A DNA stretch of 63,332 nt, filler included, from Octopus bimaculoides (GCF_001194135.2; 4 parts of 3 records of this genome joined end to end with filler, not necessarily neighbours in it); one strand, 5' to 3'; counted from the whole stretch's first letter, positions 28,405 to 40,304 are shown. Notes: generated from the letters alone by a model not told the origin. Numbers and translations: made by a program.

Positions 28405-28704
28405 GTGTGTGTGTGTGTGTGTTTCCCTAAAACTCGAGAACTACACAACCAATTTCATTCAAATTTTACACGTGCCTTACTTAGGGTCCCGGTTGTGTTT
28501 TAGTCAAAAAGAATGTTTAACTTCTTGCATAGTTCGAGCCCACAGCAACATAATATCTCCTCCACTATTTAAGTATTACGTGTCAAAAGTGAAACAAAAA
28601 CACTCATGTCAAATACTTTCACTTTAAAAATGAAACTATTCCACTAACTGAAACAATCACATTTCGATACTATGACAGATACTTTCACTTTAATGGTTTC
28701 AGAG
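28347..28704 (+). mobile_element. Second copy of the same Helitron-like element (truncated at scaffold end)
   Basis: A|TCTATATATATAAAAATGAGAATG 5' end; body aligns with 25921-26250. Confidence 0.65.
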
Positions 28705-28804
28705 NNNNNNNNNNNNNNNNNNNNNNNNNNNNNNNNNNNNNNNNNNNNTTAATTAATTAANNNNNNNNNNNNNNNNNNNNNNNNNNNNNNNNNNNNNNNN
28801 NNNN
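28705..28804. other. Artificial scaffold-joining spacer
   Basis: 44 N + TTAATTAATTAA + 44 N; the palindrome has stops in all six frames. Confidence 0.95.
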
Positions 28805-29514
28805 AAAAAAAAAAAAAAAAAAGAAAAAAAAAATACTGTGGTCGATTCATTCAGCAAAAAATTCTTCAAAGTGGTGCTCCAGCATGACCGCAGCCTAATG
28901 ACTGAAACAAGTAAAAGATAAAAGAAAAAAAAATACTTTGCAGACATTTTGGGCAGGTACCGTTGATACTGTGGGGAAACATCTTTCATATTCGTAAAAC
29001 ATAATTAACATCAATTCTTAACGAGAATCTCCTTAACTTAAAATGAGGATTGTTAGCAGTAAACAAACAAGATAATACCTAATGACTTTAATCTTCTTTT
29101 AATCTTAATCTTCATTTAGTAACTCTGGTGTATGTTCTCAAGTAGTCAAGTTGTTTGTTCTGCTTGTCTGTGTTGGTGGCCGTTTCCCAATGTCATTGTC
29201 AGATATGAAATTCATGATGAAGTTGCAATTTTGTTCACTTGGAACTGGAAGAAATGGGGGAAATAGTATTTTACTGATAACATCCCTCTTTATCACCTTT
29301 AGGCTCCTTGTAAAAGTACACACACACACATATATGTAATATATTTGATTTGGTCGAGCCATTTGAGAATGCACAGGGAACAGACAGACAGACAGAAACA
29401 AAGAATTATATATATATAAATATGTATACACCCCACCCACATATATATATATATATGCATACATACACATCGTATATATTGTCATGCATTAATTGCTACA
29501 CACATACACACACA

Positions 29515-29635
29515 CAAGGGGGGGGGACTGAAAAGTTTCTGTCTTTAAGGGTATTGTGAAAGGCCTGTTTGGAGCCCCCTTCCCTCCCACCAACCTTCTG
29601 AGTTCTTTTACAGGACTTAGAAAAGCTGAAGGACC
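29515..29635 (+). mobile_element. Partial mariner MITE left end
   Basis: GGGGGGACTGAAAAGTTTCT..CTTTAAGGGTATTGT...GAGTTCTTTTACAG aligns with 60548-60630. Confidence 0.6.
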
Positions 29636-30123
29636 NNNNNNNNNNNNNNNNNNNNNNNNNNNNNNNNNNNNNNNNNNNNNNNNNNNNNNNNNNNNNNNNN
29701 NNNNNNNNNNNNNNNNNNNNNNNNNNNNNNNNNNNNNNNNNNNNNNNNNNNNNNNNNNNNNNNNNNNNNNNNNNNNNNNNNNNNNNNNNNNNNNNNNNNN
29801 NNNNNNNNNNNNNNNNNNNNNNNNNNNNNNNNNNNNNNNNNNNNNNNNNNNNNNNNNNNNNNNNNNNNNNNNNNNNNNNNNNNNNNNNNNNNNNATGGAG
29901 AATTCTACGAGGTATAGTACAATGCAAAATACCAAAAGGAACCTCACTCCTTACATCTCACCTTTCTTCCTCCTTTAACGCCGATGTGATATAATTTCTT
30001 GGGAGAGAAATACTTTTGCGGCTGAAGATAGCTTTGTATTGTCAATTATACACTGATATAAAGCTTGAAACACGTGTACCGCAGAATCCTTTGTGTTTTT
30101 GTTTTTATTTTTTGCATTTACAA

Positions 30124-30161
<38 letters not shown>

Positions 30162-30419
30162 GAAAATGGAGCAACAAATACAAGAAGAAGCAATTCGGTT
30201 GGGCTATATATATATATATCTATCAATATATATATATACACATATACATACACACACGCACACACACACACACATATATATTTATATAGCGAGAGAGTTA
30301 GGGGTTGAGGGTTCAACCCACTAAGGGAAAGTATCTATCCAATATATATACATGTATATATACTTTTATTCTGTATTTTCTTTTACCGCAAACCAGGTAC
30401 TTTTCAGCATCCATTGTAT

Positions 30420-30600
30420 GTATGTATCTATATACTAAAACAGACGACGTCTGTCTGTGTGTTTACTCATTATGCATTTCTACATTTTCCAACCAATTTC
30501 ACTCAAACTTGATACACTGACAGCTTATGCTCTAAGGGTGGCTATGACCTATTCTATATTTTCCAGACCCTCCGCATATAACCAAATGCCATGAATAACT
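30420..30600 (+). mobile_element. Related Helitron-like 5' fragment
   Basis: ATCTATATATACTAAAA...GTCTGTCTGTG...AACCAATTTCACTCAAACTT shows the same architecture as the 25915 family. Confidence 0.4.
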
Positions 30601-31942
30601 GTTCAGAAAACCACACACACACATACACAAAAACACACATGTATCTATATGTATGCCTACATGTGTGTGTGTGCATGTGTGTGTACCCATGTATGCATTC
30701 ACATGTATACATGTATGTGTGTAAACAATAGTGAACATACATACACAAGGTATGTGTTTTGCTAGTTCACGGGTCGGCTGTGCTTATAGGCATAAGAGTA
30801 TATATTCTCATCAATATTTTTAACACCAGGTGCATTGATGAGAATATATTTCCTTATGCCTATAAGCGCAGCCTACCTACAAACGAGCAAAATACATACC
30901 TTGTGTATATGTGTTCGATACTGTTTATATCCCTCCATCTTATTCTAATTCATATTTGAATATATGTGTGTCTGTTTGTGCATTTATCATTGTGTTTATG
31001 TTTGAATCTACTCCATTACTTGACAACCAATGTTGGTTTGTTTACATCCCTGCAATTTAGCCATTCAAAAAAGAAAAACAAAGGGAAGAGAAATATTATC
31101 AGACCTTAAAAAATAAGTATTAGGCTACTTTTTTTTAAACCCTGATATTTATTCTATCGTTCTCTTTTGCCGAACAGCTAAGTTATGGGGATGTAAATAC
31201 ACCAACACCGGTTGTCAAGCAGTGGTTTGGGGGGACAAACACAGACACACACACATACATATATATGACGGGCTTCTTTCAGTTTCTTGCCACCAAATCC
31301 ACTCAGAAGGCGTTGGTGGGCCCGAGGCTTTAGTATAAGACACTTGCTCAAGGTGCCGTGCAGTGGGACAGAACCCGGAACCATATGATTGGGAAGCAAG
31401 CTTCTTACCACACTGCAAGGTCTGTGCCTATACAAGTAACTTAACAAAAATCTCCTTAAGTCAAATTGAGGATCCTTAACTATAATCAAAGAAGATAATA
31501 TCTAGTGTCTTTAAAATCCTTTAATTTTCGTTTAGTAATTCAGGTGTAGACAAAATTGTGCTGCATCAATTTTGTCAGTGAACAGGGCGCGGTCTCAAAG
31601 CGACGAAAATATTTTGACAAATTAAATTTAAATGTTGAAGTGAATCTGACGGTCTTTGTGTGTTATTTTAAATGGCTTATAAACACCTTCCACGCTGCAA
31701 TTGTTTTCGTTCCAGCACACGATCTCAGATCAGGTCACTTGCTATGCAATTACATCTCCGTAATTTAGGTGTAGTTTCTCAAGTAGTCAAGTTGTTTGTT
31801 TTGCTAGTCTCGTAAGTTTCCTAATGTAATTGTCAGATATGAAATTCATGATGAGGTTGCAGTTTAGCTAACTTGAAACTGGAAGAATTCGTTTGACTAT
31901 CTGTAATTTACTGATAACATCACGCTTTATTTCTTTTTGATA

Positions 31943-31973
<31 letters not shown>

Positions 31974-32408
31974 CTATATTTCTCTCTCTCTCTCTCCCCC
32001 TCTCTCTATCAATTTGTCTGTTTGTTTATCTTTCTCTCCCCCTCACACTCTCTATCGATAAGTCGATTACATCGACCCGAATGCCTAAACTGGTACTTAT
32101 TTCATCCACCCCGAAAGGCCTGAAACTTTGGGAGGATGGGGCTAATAGAACCCAATGCTTCACAGGTACTTATTCTATTGACCCTGAAAAAAATGAACAA
32201 CTGAGTCAACTTCGGCAGAATTTGAGCGCAGAACGTAAAAATTAGTAATAATAAATGAATAAAACTAAATTAAAGGCGCTTGGTGATTTCAGCTGCCAAA
32301 TTCAGTCTTAGTTACAACGTGTATCCCAAATGGATGGGAGGTAACTATTAGAAACACTTAAACTAAAGAGTTCTTGGACGAGGAATATTTGGTCAGTAAG
32401 GAGGGACG

Positions 32409-32543
32409 ATGGCTTCGTTTCTGTTCGGGCTTGAGGCACATGTTATCTGTAAAGGAGCAACACAAATATCTCATCGATGGCTTCACAAGTTCGGTTCCAG
32501 ATATTTACAGTCTGGTCGTCTTTTCTCAACCACAACTAGATTA
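32409..32543 (+). CDS. LAP3: Leucine aminopeptidase (M17) exon 1, mitochondrial presequence-like
   Basis: ATG in good context (acgATGG). Encodes MASFLFGLEAHVICKGATQISHRWLHKFGSRYLQSGRLFSTTTRL, then a GTACGT donor at 32544 in phase 0, matching exon 2. Basic/hydroxylated composition; KFGSR resembles RFGSR in the human LAP3 transit peptide. Confidence 0.75.
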
Positions 32544-34979
32544 GTACGTGTTTTCTTTCTTTTTTATGGGTTCCGTACCGATTTCTTGCGCGCTTTCAGT
32601 TTCGTTCTCAAAAGAGAGAGAGAGGTCTCTCCGCATAAACTGACGACTTGCAGCTGCATTCATAATACACACACACACACACATCTCCGTTAGCAATGTG
32701 TGTGAGTATATATATATATATATATATATACACATACATACGAATGCATACATAAACTTTAGCTTGATAGAGACAATATTAAGCCAAGATGAACTCAAAT
32801 GCTCCACGGTCACTGTCAGTACTATTCTTGTAACAAATTAATAGTCTGAGGAGTCTATTAATTTAGCCCCATGAGGAGTCGTCCATGGGGCTAAGCCCTT
32901 TATGGTTTCGAAACCATTGGTCACTCTATAGCCTGACATAGACTTAAATACTTAGAAATACATTAGTGTGGATCTAGATATTAACCATACATTACTGCTC
33001 TATGTTTTAGAGTGTGGCTCTTTTTCGGATATATGATACAATCACACACACACACACACACATATAGGTAAACTTGTTGAATATGTACCTATGCAACGAC
33101 CTTCAATACAAACCCGAAAGGACCACAGACAAGCTACACGTTGGACTCGTTGAATGTTTACTAAAATTCTAAACTCAGGTGTTTTTACTGTTTATAAAAT
33201 ATACAACAGGAATTGTAATTAACTTAGTTTAATTAATCGTAGCAGTCATTTATGTAAAATGATTTATTTGTGAATTGGGTGGCGAAAGTAGTTTGTCGCA
33301 TCGATGTAGTTCCATTGTATTGTTTTGTGCTGGAGGTCGTTGTTTACGTTTTAGATACGGCAACTTCACCCATATTTATATATATAGTCTAGGCCAACAG
33401 GTCTTGGGGGTCTGATGTTACCCTTTATGGACGGGAAACCCAGGGTAACCCCCATAAGCCGGCCTTCACCAGGAAAAAAATTTAGACTGTTCTACTTCTT
33501 AGAGTGTGCTTCTTCTCTGGATTTATGTTTTTATAAAAACGACCTATATNNNNNNNNNNNNNNNNNNNNNNNNNNNNNNNNNNNNNNNNNNNNNNNNNNN
33601 NNNNNNNNNNNNNNNNNNNNNNNNNNNNNNNNNNNNNNNNNNNNNNNNNNNNNNNNNNNNNNNNNNNNNNNNNNNNNNNNNNNNNNNNNNNNNNNNNNNN
33701 NNGGCAGCGATCTTTATCTCTGCTTCTCTACCCGTCTGTCTATCCCTAACATTTTCCTTCATTAAAGTACTTAGAAACCACTGTTATATCTATGTGTGTG
33801 TCGCTCTGTTGCTTCTGCTAAATACGAATAAAAAAATAGCCTATATATATACTCGTGTTTTGAGTTCTATTTTTCATGCTTGCATCGCCAAACCTCTGTG
33901 TATGTGTGTATGCACACTCATGCAATTGAGACAAGATAGATAAATGGATGGATGAACAGGAAAAAAAAAAAAAAGAAAGAAAACCCGAATTAGTAGATTT
34001 ATTCAATGTTCGATGTATAACTATATCGAGTGATTGATAAATAAACAAATACACTAGGCGATAGACAGGCATATAAGGATGCTTTCTATGTCAGGAGGTG
34101 ACCACCAAGACACTGTCTTATAACAATAATTTTAACGTATCGTTGATAAAATAACATGATTCATTCATTACTCAAGCATGTCTCTTCTAAAGCCTGTCTG
34201 GGTACCTAAAAAATGAAAAATTACAAATAAAACGAAATTTACACGAGAATAAACAATATCAATGTTGTTCTATGGGAATTTTATAAACGTGGGCAATTCT
34301 GGGGTCAGTTCATTTCCAACCAATTCTTTGGTATTAGCTTGTTTAGCGATCTTTTTTAAGCTGTGCTTGTTTTACTTCGGGGATTTTTTCGGGTGTGACC
34401 GACTTTCACTATCATTTTACAATTATCTAAGGTGACGGAGCTGGCAGAATCGTTGGAGCGTCGGACAAAACGTTTTGCAGCATTCTTTTCCGGCTCTTTA
34501 CGTTCTGCGTTCAAATTCCCATCCTCTCGGAGTTGGTAAAATAAATAACAGTTCAGCACAGGAGTCAATGATATCGACTTACCCCTTCCTTCTTTCCCCC
34601 AAATTTCGGGGCTTGTGCCTATAGTGAAGGGTTTCTCAACCATTTTTTGTTTTCCTTTTCTTTAAACTTTGAAACCCTTTTATTCCTAATTTATTCAGAA
34701 TAACCCTCCTATCCGTTCGGTATTTAAAAAAAAAAGGTCATATCTTTTATAATTAAATACTTTATAAATGCAGTTATTGCAGATAAATTTTCAACGGTAT
34801 TTATTAACCCCTCCCCTCAAAATCTGCTAGCTTTATTACCTAAATTAGAAACAGTGTTGTCTTTTTCTCTTGTGTGCAAATACTTGATGTGTTGCACTTT
34901 TTTAGGTAAAAAATTATAGAATTAATTTATTTTTGCCTTTTTTTGAGAAAATTAGACATATGTATGTCTAGGTGTACTC

Positions 34980-35177
34980 TTTTACTCTTTTAATTGTTTC
35001 AGTTATTTTGACTGCGGCCATGCTGGTGCACCGCTTTTAGTTGAGCAAATTGACCCCAGAACTTATTCTTTGTAAGCCTAGTACTTATTCTGTCGGTTCT
35101 TTTGCCGAACCGCTAAGTTACGGGGATGTAAACACACCAACATCGGTTGTCAAGCGATGTTGGGGACACACACACAA

Positions 35178-35216
<39 letters not shown>

Positions 35217-35604
35217 TGGGAGAATGTACGAAAAAACAACAACAGACGAGGACAGGTGGTGTAAACAACAAAAGGATGTATTAGTATGACGCTCGGGAAT
35301 ACGGAAAGTGTTTGACGTTTCGAGCTACGCTCTTCAACAGAAAGAATACAGGGACAAGGAGAAAAACACGGAGAAAAAAAAAAATTGGGAGAAAAAAAAT
35401 TGAATAGTGCTCAGTCAACGGTCAATCATAATATATATATACATATATACGACGGGCTTCTTTCAGTTTCCGTCTACCAAATCCACTCACTAGGCTTTGG
35501 TCGGTCTGAAGCTATAGTAGAAGACACTTGCCCAAGGTGCCACGCAGTGGGAATGAACCCGAAACCATGTGGTTGGTAAGCAAGCTACTTACCACACAGC
35601 CACT
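34980..35604 (-). mobile_element. SINE family A with a nested repeat in its microsatellite
   Basis: Tail at 34980-35200 and head at 35447-35604 are the reverse complement of 36345-36755, split by the 35205-35400 insertion. Confidence 0.8.
35218..35400 (-). mobile_element. Penelope-like terminal-repeat family with hammerhead-like motif
   Basis: Minus strand 35309-35345 reads TCTTT-CTGTTGA-A-GAGC-GTA-GCTC-GAA-ACGT-C-AAACA. Confidence 0.55.
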
Positions 35605-36075
35605 GTGTGTTTTTTTTGTGCTGTGTTTGTCCTACCCCACCACCACGTGACAACAAGTGTGGCCTGTTTAGCCCCTGTAACTTAGCAGTTAAGCAAAAAA
35701 AAGAAGTTGCATGGTGATGCCACCAGTGCTGGTGCTATGAGAAAAAAGGTACCCAATATGTAATATGTATTAATCCCCATGTGGGTACATGGAGTAAATA
35801 AAATCTTAACATAAATAATTAAATATACAAAACAATAATTTCTTAAAGTATGTGTTAATCCACTGTACCCAGATGTAAAATAGTTGGCATTAGGAAGGGC
35901 ATCCGGACATAGAAACCTTGCCAAGGCAGCATAATGTAGTCCAGGGACCCACTGGATTCTATCAAACAGTCCAACACATGCCAGCATGGAAGATGGCTAT
36001 CAAATGGTGATGGTGATGACAACAACAATGACAATATATTATTTACACTCATCTATTTTTCTCTCTACTCCTCAG

Positions 36076-36197
36076 GGTAAAAGTTTAATCCTTGGTGTTT
36101 ATGAAGCTTCAGCTAAAGACAGCCCCCTCGTTCTCTCCCAAGCTGCAAAATATTTTGATGAGAAATATTCTGGAAAATTATCACAACAAATAAAACT
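36076..36197 (+). CDS. LAP3: Leucine aminopeptidase exon 2
   Basis: ctcAG acceptor, GTAAGT donor, phase 0 to 2. GKSLILGVYEASAKDSPLVLSQAAKYFDEKYSGKLSQQIKL resembles human LAP3 KGLVLGIY...FDKLLAGKLRETL (recalled sequence). Confidence 0.9.
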
Positions 36198-36344
36198 GTA
36201 AGTCATTAATGACATTTATTTTTCTAACGAGTCTATTATTTTTGAGTTTTTTTAAAAAAAAAAGTAACCAGTAATTCCAATAATTTTCAAAAGTTTCTTA
36301 AGAATAAGTGGCACTTAAGTCTGGTTTTATTAGATTAAATAGTT

Positions 36345-36515
36345 GGTGCAGGAGTGGCTGTGTGGTAAGTAGCTTGCTTACCAACCACATGGTTCTGGGT
36401 TCAGTCCCACTGCATGGTACCTTGGGCAAGTGTCTTCTTCTATAGCCTCGGGCTGACCAAAGCCTTGTGAGTGGATTTGGTAGACGGAAACTGAAAGAAG
36501 CCCGTCATATATATG

Positions 36516-36548
<33 letters not shown>

Positions 36549-36755
36549 ATATGTTTGTGTGTCTGTGTTTGTCTCCCCAACATCGCTTGACAACCGATGC
36601 TGGTGTGTTTACATCCCCGTAACTTAGCAGTTCGCCAAAAGAGACTGATAGAACAAGTACTAGGCTTACAAAGAATAAGTCCTGGGGTCAGTTTGCTCGA
36701 CTAAAGGCGGTGCTCCAGCATGGCTGCAGTCAAATGACTGAAACAAGTAAAATAG
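36345..36755 (+). mobile_element. tRNA-derived SINE, family A, full length
   Basis: A-box TGGCTGTGTGGT, B-box-like GGTTCAGTCCC, central (TA)/(TG) microsatellite, tail GGCGGTGCTCCAGCATGGC.GCAGTCAAATGACTGAAACAAGTAAAA. Confidence 0.85.
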
Positions 36756-37835
36756 TGAGTTAAATTGTCTGTTGAATGCCAATCTATCACAGGTACCATT
36801 ACCTTGCAGCTCCATAAAATGTGGTTTATAGAAACCATACCATTATAAGTTCAAGGTCTGCAACCCCAGTATGCAACTGGTACTTACTTTATCAACCCCG
36901 AAAAGATGAAAGGCAAAGTTGATCTTGGAGGAATTTGAGCTGAGAATGGAAAGAACCAGAAAAAAATGCTGCTAAGCATTTTGTCTGATGATTCTACCAG
37001 ATTACTGCTTTGGTGTATAGAAATAAACCTTTCTACAATAGGCACTAGGCCTGAAATTTTTTTGTGGGGGGATCTAGTCAATTAGATTGACCCTCATATG
37101 CAACTGGTACTTACTTTATTAACACCAAAAGGATGAAAGGTAAAGTTGACCTCAGCGGAATTTGAACTCAGAACGTGAAATGCTGCTGGGCATTTTACTC
37201 ACTGTGCTAACGATTCTGCCAGCTCACCACCTTAGGTATATATAGAAATAATAAAAATAAATGTTGCTTGAAGCTTTTGAGGCCTGCAGTGGGCTCTGAT
37301 GGGGTGAGAGGAATCTTCTCAAATTTAACTTGAGCTCTGAGGATTTTTGCTTTTAGAGGATGGTAATCCCATCACATATTCATGGTTCCAGGCTCTCCAC
37401 ATCCCAGATCAAATTACTGATTGAATCTCCCCCCCCCCCCNNNNNNNNNNNNNNNNNNNNNCTCTTAGAGAGTTGCTTATAATCTACATTGATATTGTGT
37501 ATTTGGCTGTTTGGTGTGAGAAGCAGAAATGTCAAATGGGTTTTTGGGTTTTTTAACATTTTTGTAACCATATTTCTGTTGAAATACACTGTATTTAGAA
37601 AATTACTGTTTTTAAATCTCACAACAAGAGATATTCAGAAACAGTACTTTGGAGTAAAGATTGTTTGCCAACTTAACATAGCAGTCCTGGTTTAGGACGA
37701 ATGTTATTGTAATTTAGCCCCAGGAGACATCGTCTCCAGCTGGCTATACGACATGATCTTTTCTTCTGTCTTTCGAAAAGAAAAGCTCTACATTTTCCCT
37801 TCTGTGTTTGTCCCTGTGTGGCTAATAAAGAAATA

Positions 37836-37880
<45 letters not shown>

Positions 37881-38575
37881 ATCTATCTATCTATTTATCT
37901 ATCTATCTAAGAATTTAGAAGCTTAGGGAGTCATGAAATATTTTGATTTTAACAGTGAAACTCAAAATAGATAACACAATAAATAATAGCATGTAAATAT
38001 TGGGTTAAAAATCCTTTTGCATGGAAAAAGTTGAACGCTGCCTGTGGGACAAAAGGGGAAAAAGAACAGAAGGAACAGGAAAATTAGAGGCATGTCCCCT
38101 TTGATTGTAAAACCATAATAGTGCTAGTTGTAGAATAGGTTAAATGGAGAGGAGTTCGAAGTCTGCGAGACAGCTACTCAATCTGGAGATGGTAGTGTCC
38201 TCCAGTTTGCCAGAAGAAATTTGATCTGCAGTTCTGTAGTGTAGTGCAATTCCTCGATCTAAAAAGAATATGTGATCTTTCAGCTATGCATAAGTTGCAT
38301 TTCTTAGATCCGTTAGCATATGGTCGGGATTTCTCAATAATTCTCATGTGGTGTGTAGTTAGTCTTCAAACCCCATATGTAGCTAACTGACTTGGTGGTT
38401 TTACTATTGTTGATGTGTTTGAAAGGAGATGGGTGGTTTGTATAACATCTTTTGAAGTCACCTTCACATAACCCAATGTAATTCTTTTCAGGATAACCTA
38501 ATCGAAAATAATTATTCGTGTAATATATAACTCATAAGCCTTTTAAGTCTTGTGATATCATATACACGAGTACTA

Positions 38576-39295
38576 CAGGGTGTCCACAAAGTCTGGGTAC
38601 ATGGGGATTAATACATACTTTAAGAAATTATTATTTCTTATATTTAATTGTTTATGTTATGATTTTATTTACTCCATGTACCCACATGGGGATTAATACA
38701 TACTTTAAGAAATTATTATTTCTTATATTTAATTGTTTATGTTATGATTTTATTTACTCCATGTACCCACATGGGGNNNNNNNNNNNNNNNNNNNNNNNN
38801 NNNNNNNNNNNNNNNNNNNNNNNNNNNNNNNNNNNNNNNNNNNNNNNNNNNNNNNNNNNNNNNNNNNNNNNNNNNNNNNNNNNNNNNNNNNNNNNNNNNN
38901 NNNNNNNNNNNNNNNNNNNNNNNNNNNNNNNNNNNNNNNNNNNNNNNNNNNNNNNNNNNNNNNNNNNNNNNNNNNNNNNNNNNNNNNNNNNNNNNNNNNN
39001 NNNNNNNNNNNNNNNNNNCCCACATGGGGATTAACACATACTTTAAGAAATTATTATTTCTTATATTTGATTGTTTATGTTATGATTTTATTTACTCCAT
39101 GTACACACATGGGGATTAACACATACCTTAAGAAATTATTATTTCTTATATTTAATTGTTTATGTTATGATTTTATTTACTCCATGTACCCACATGGAGA
39201 TTAACACATACTTTAAGAAATTATTGTTTTGTATATTTAATTATTTATGTTAAGATTTTATTTATTCCATGTACCCAGACTTTGTGGACACCCTG
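38576..39295. mobile_element. Tc1/mariner-type MITE with an internal 85-bp tandem array
   Basis: TA|CAGGGTGTCCACAAAGTCTGGGTACATGG ... CCATGTACCCAGACTTTGTGGACACCCTG|TA: perfect 29-bp TIR with TA target duplication. The interior is 85-bp units plus a gap. Confidence 0.9.
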
Positions 39296-39344
39296 TATTA
39301 TCATATCTGCTATGAGATACTTTTTCTTTATATCTATCTTTTAG

Positions 39345-39505
39345 GTTTGGGAAATCTTTTAAGAAAGGCAAAAGCCATTTACTGTTTGGTCTTTGTGAGG
39401 AGTTCCCCTTGTTAGCTGTTGCAAATCTTGGTAAGGAAGACCAAGGATTTAATGAATTGGAAGGCCGACATGAAGGTCACGAAAGTGTTAGAACAGCTGT
39501 GGCAA
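39345..39505 (+). CDS. LAP3: Leucine aminopeptidase exon 3
   Basis: ttttAG acceptor, GTAAGT donor, phase 2 to 1. FGKSFKKGKSHLLFGLCEEFPLLAVANLGKEDQGFNELEGRHEGHESVRTAVA resembles LAP3 GKTRTFYGL..DFP.V.LVGLGK...E..HEGKENIRAAVA. Confidence 0.92.
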
Positions 39506-39700
39506 GTAAGTTATCTCCCTTGCTTTCTTGTTTTTTACCTAGGTTGTCTAACACCTGATATTATGTTGCATTTATGTGCCCAGGGTAGAAAAGAATATTG
39601 GTGGTGGTGGTGGTGATGGTGATATTAAAGGTAGTTGCGATGATGGTGATGTTGGTGGTGGTGATGGTGATGATGATGATGGTGGTTGTGGATGTGCTGG

Positions 39701-39747
<47 letters not shown>

Positions 39748-40092
39748 GTGGTGGTGGGGGACGATTATAGTGGTGGTAACAACAATGATGATGATAGTGG
39801 CGATGATGGTGATGATGATGATGATATACATTACACTGGTACGTGTGCTTGTGTGTGATTGTGTAAGTGTATGTGCATGAGTACACATATGTATGTGTTG
39901 TGTGATCAGCTGTGAGTATGCATGTGTATGTGTGAATACATGTATGTTTTTATGCATGTCTGAATGAATTGTAATATTTATATAATTGACAACCTCTTAA
40001 ATTGGGCCACATGCATTTTAATTAAGCATTCTCTCCATAATTAAAGATTAAATATTATTGCTAATTCATTAATTCCTTCAACTAAATTTCAG

Positions 40093-40161
40093 AGAGTGTT
40101 TTACAGTTACGAGATGCAGGAGAAGACTTGGTGTCTATTGACCCTTGTGGCGACCCCATGG
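40093..40161 (+). CDS. LAP3: Leucine aminopeptidase exon 4
   Basis: tttcAG acceptor, GTAAGT donor, phase 1 to 1. KSVLQLRDAGEDLVSIDPCGDPM contains the DPCGD motif of animal LAP3. Confidence 0.92.
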
Positions 40162-40304
40162 GTAAGTGATTGAGTGATTTTTTTTTTCCAATAACGTTTT
40201 AGTTCCAGGTATGGCTTCATGGCTAAGAAGCTTGATCCCTATCTACGTGATCTTGGGTTTAATCCCACTGCACGGCACCTTTGGCAAGTATCTTTTACTA
40301 CAAA

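Noticed and set aside
28749-28760. TTAATTAATTAA as a biological motif (PacI-like or piggyBac TTAA site)
   Set aside because: It is centred in exactly 44 N on each side, three times, so it is a pipeline linker.
38576-39295. CRISPR-like array
   Set aside because: The units are near-identical along their whole length with no unique spacers, enclosed by TIRs, in a eukaryotic intron with no cas genes.
39576-39957. Poly-Asp/Gly, poly-His and poly-Pro ORFs
   Set aside because: (GAT)n/(GGT)n microsatellite inside LAP3 intron 3.
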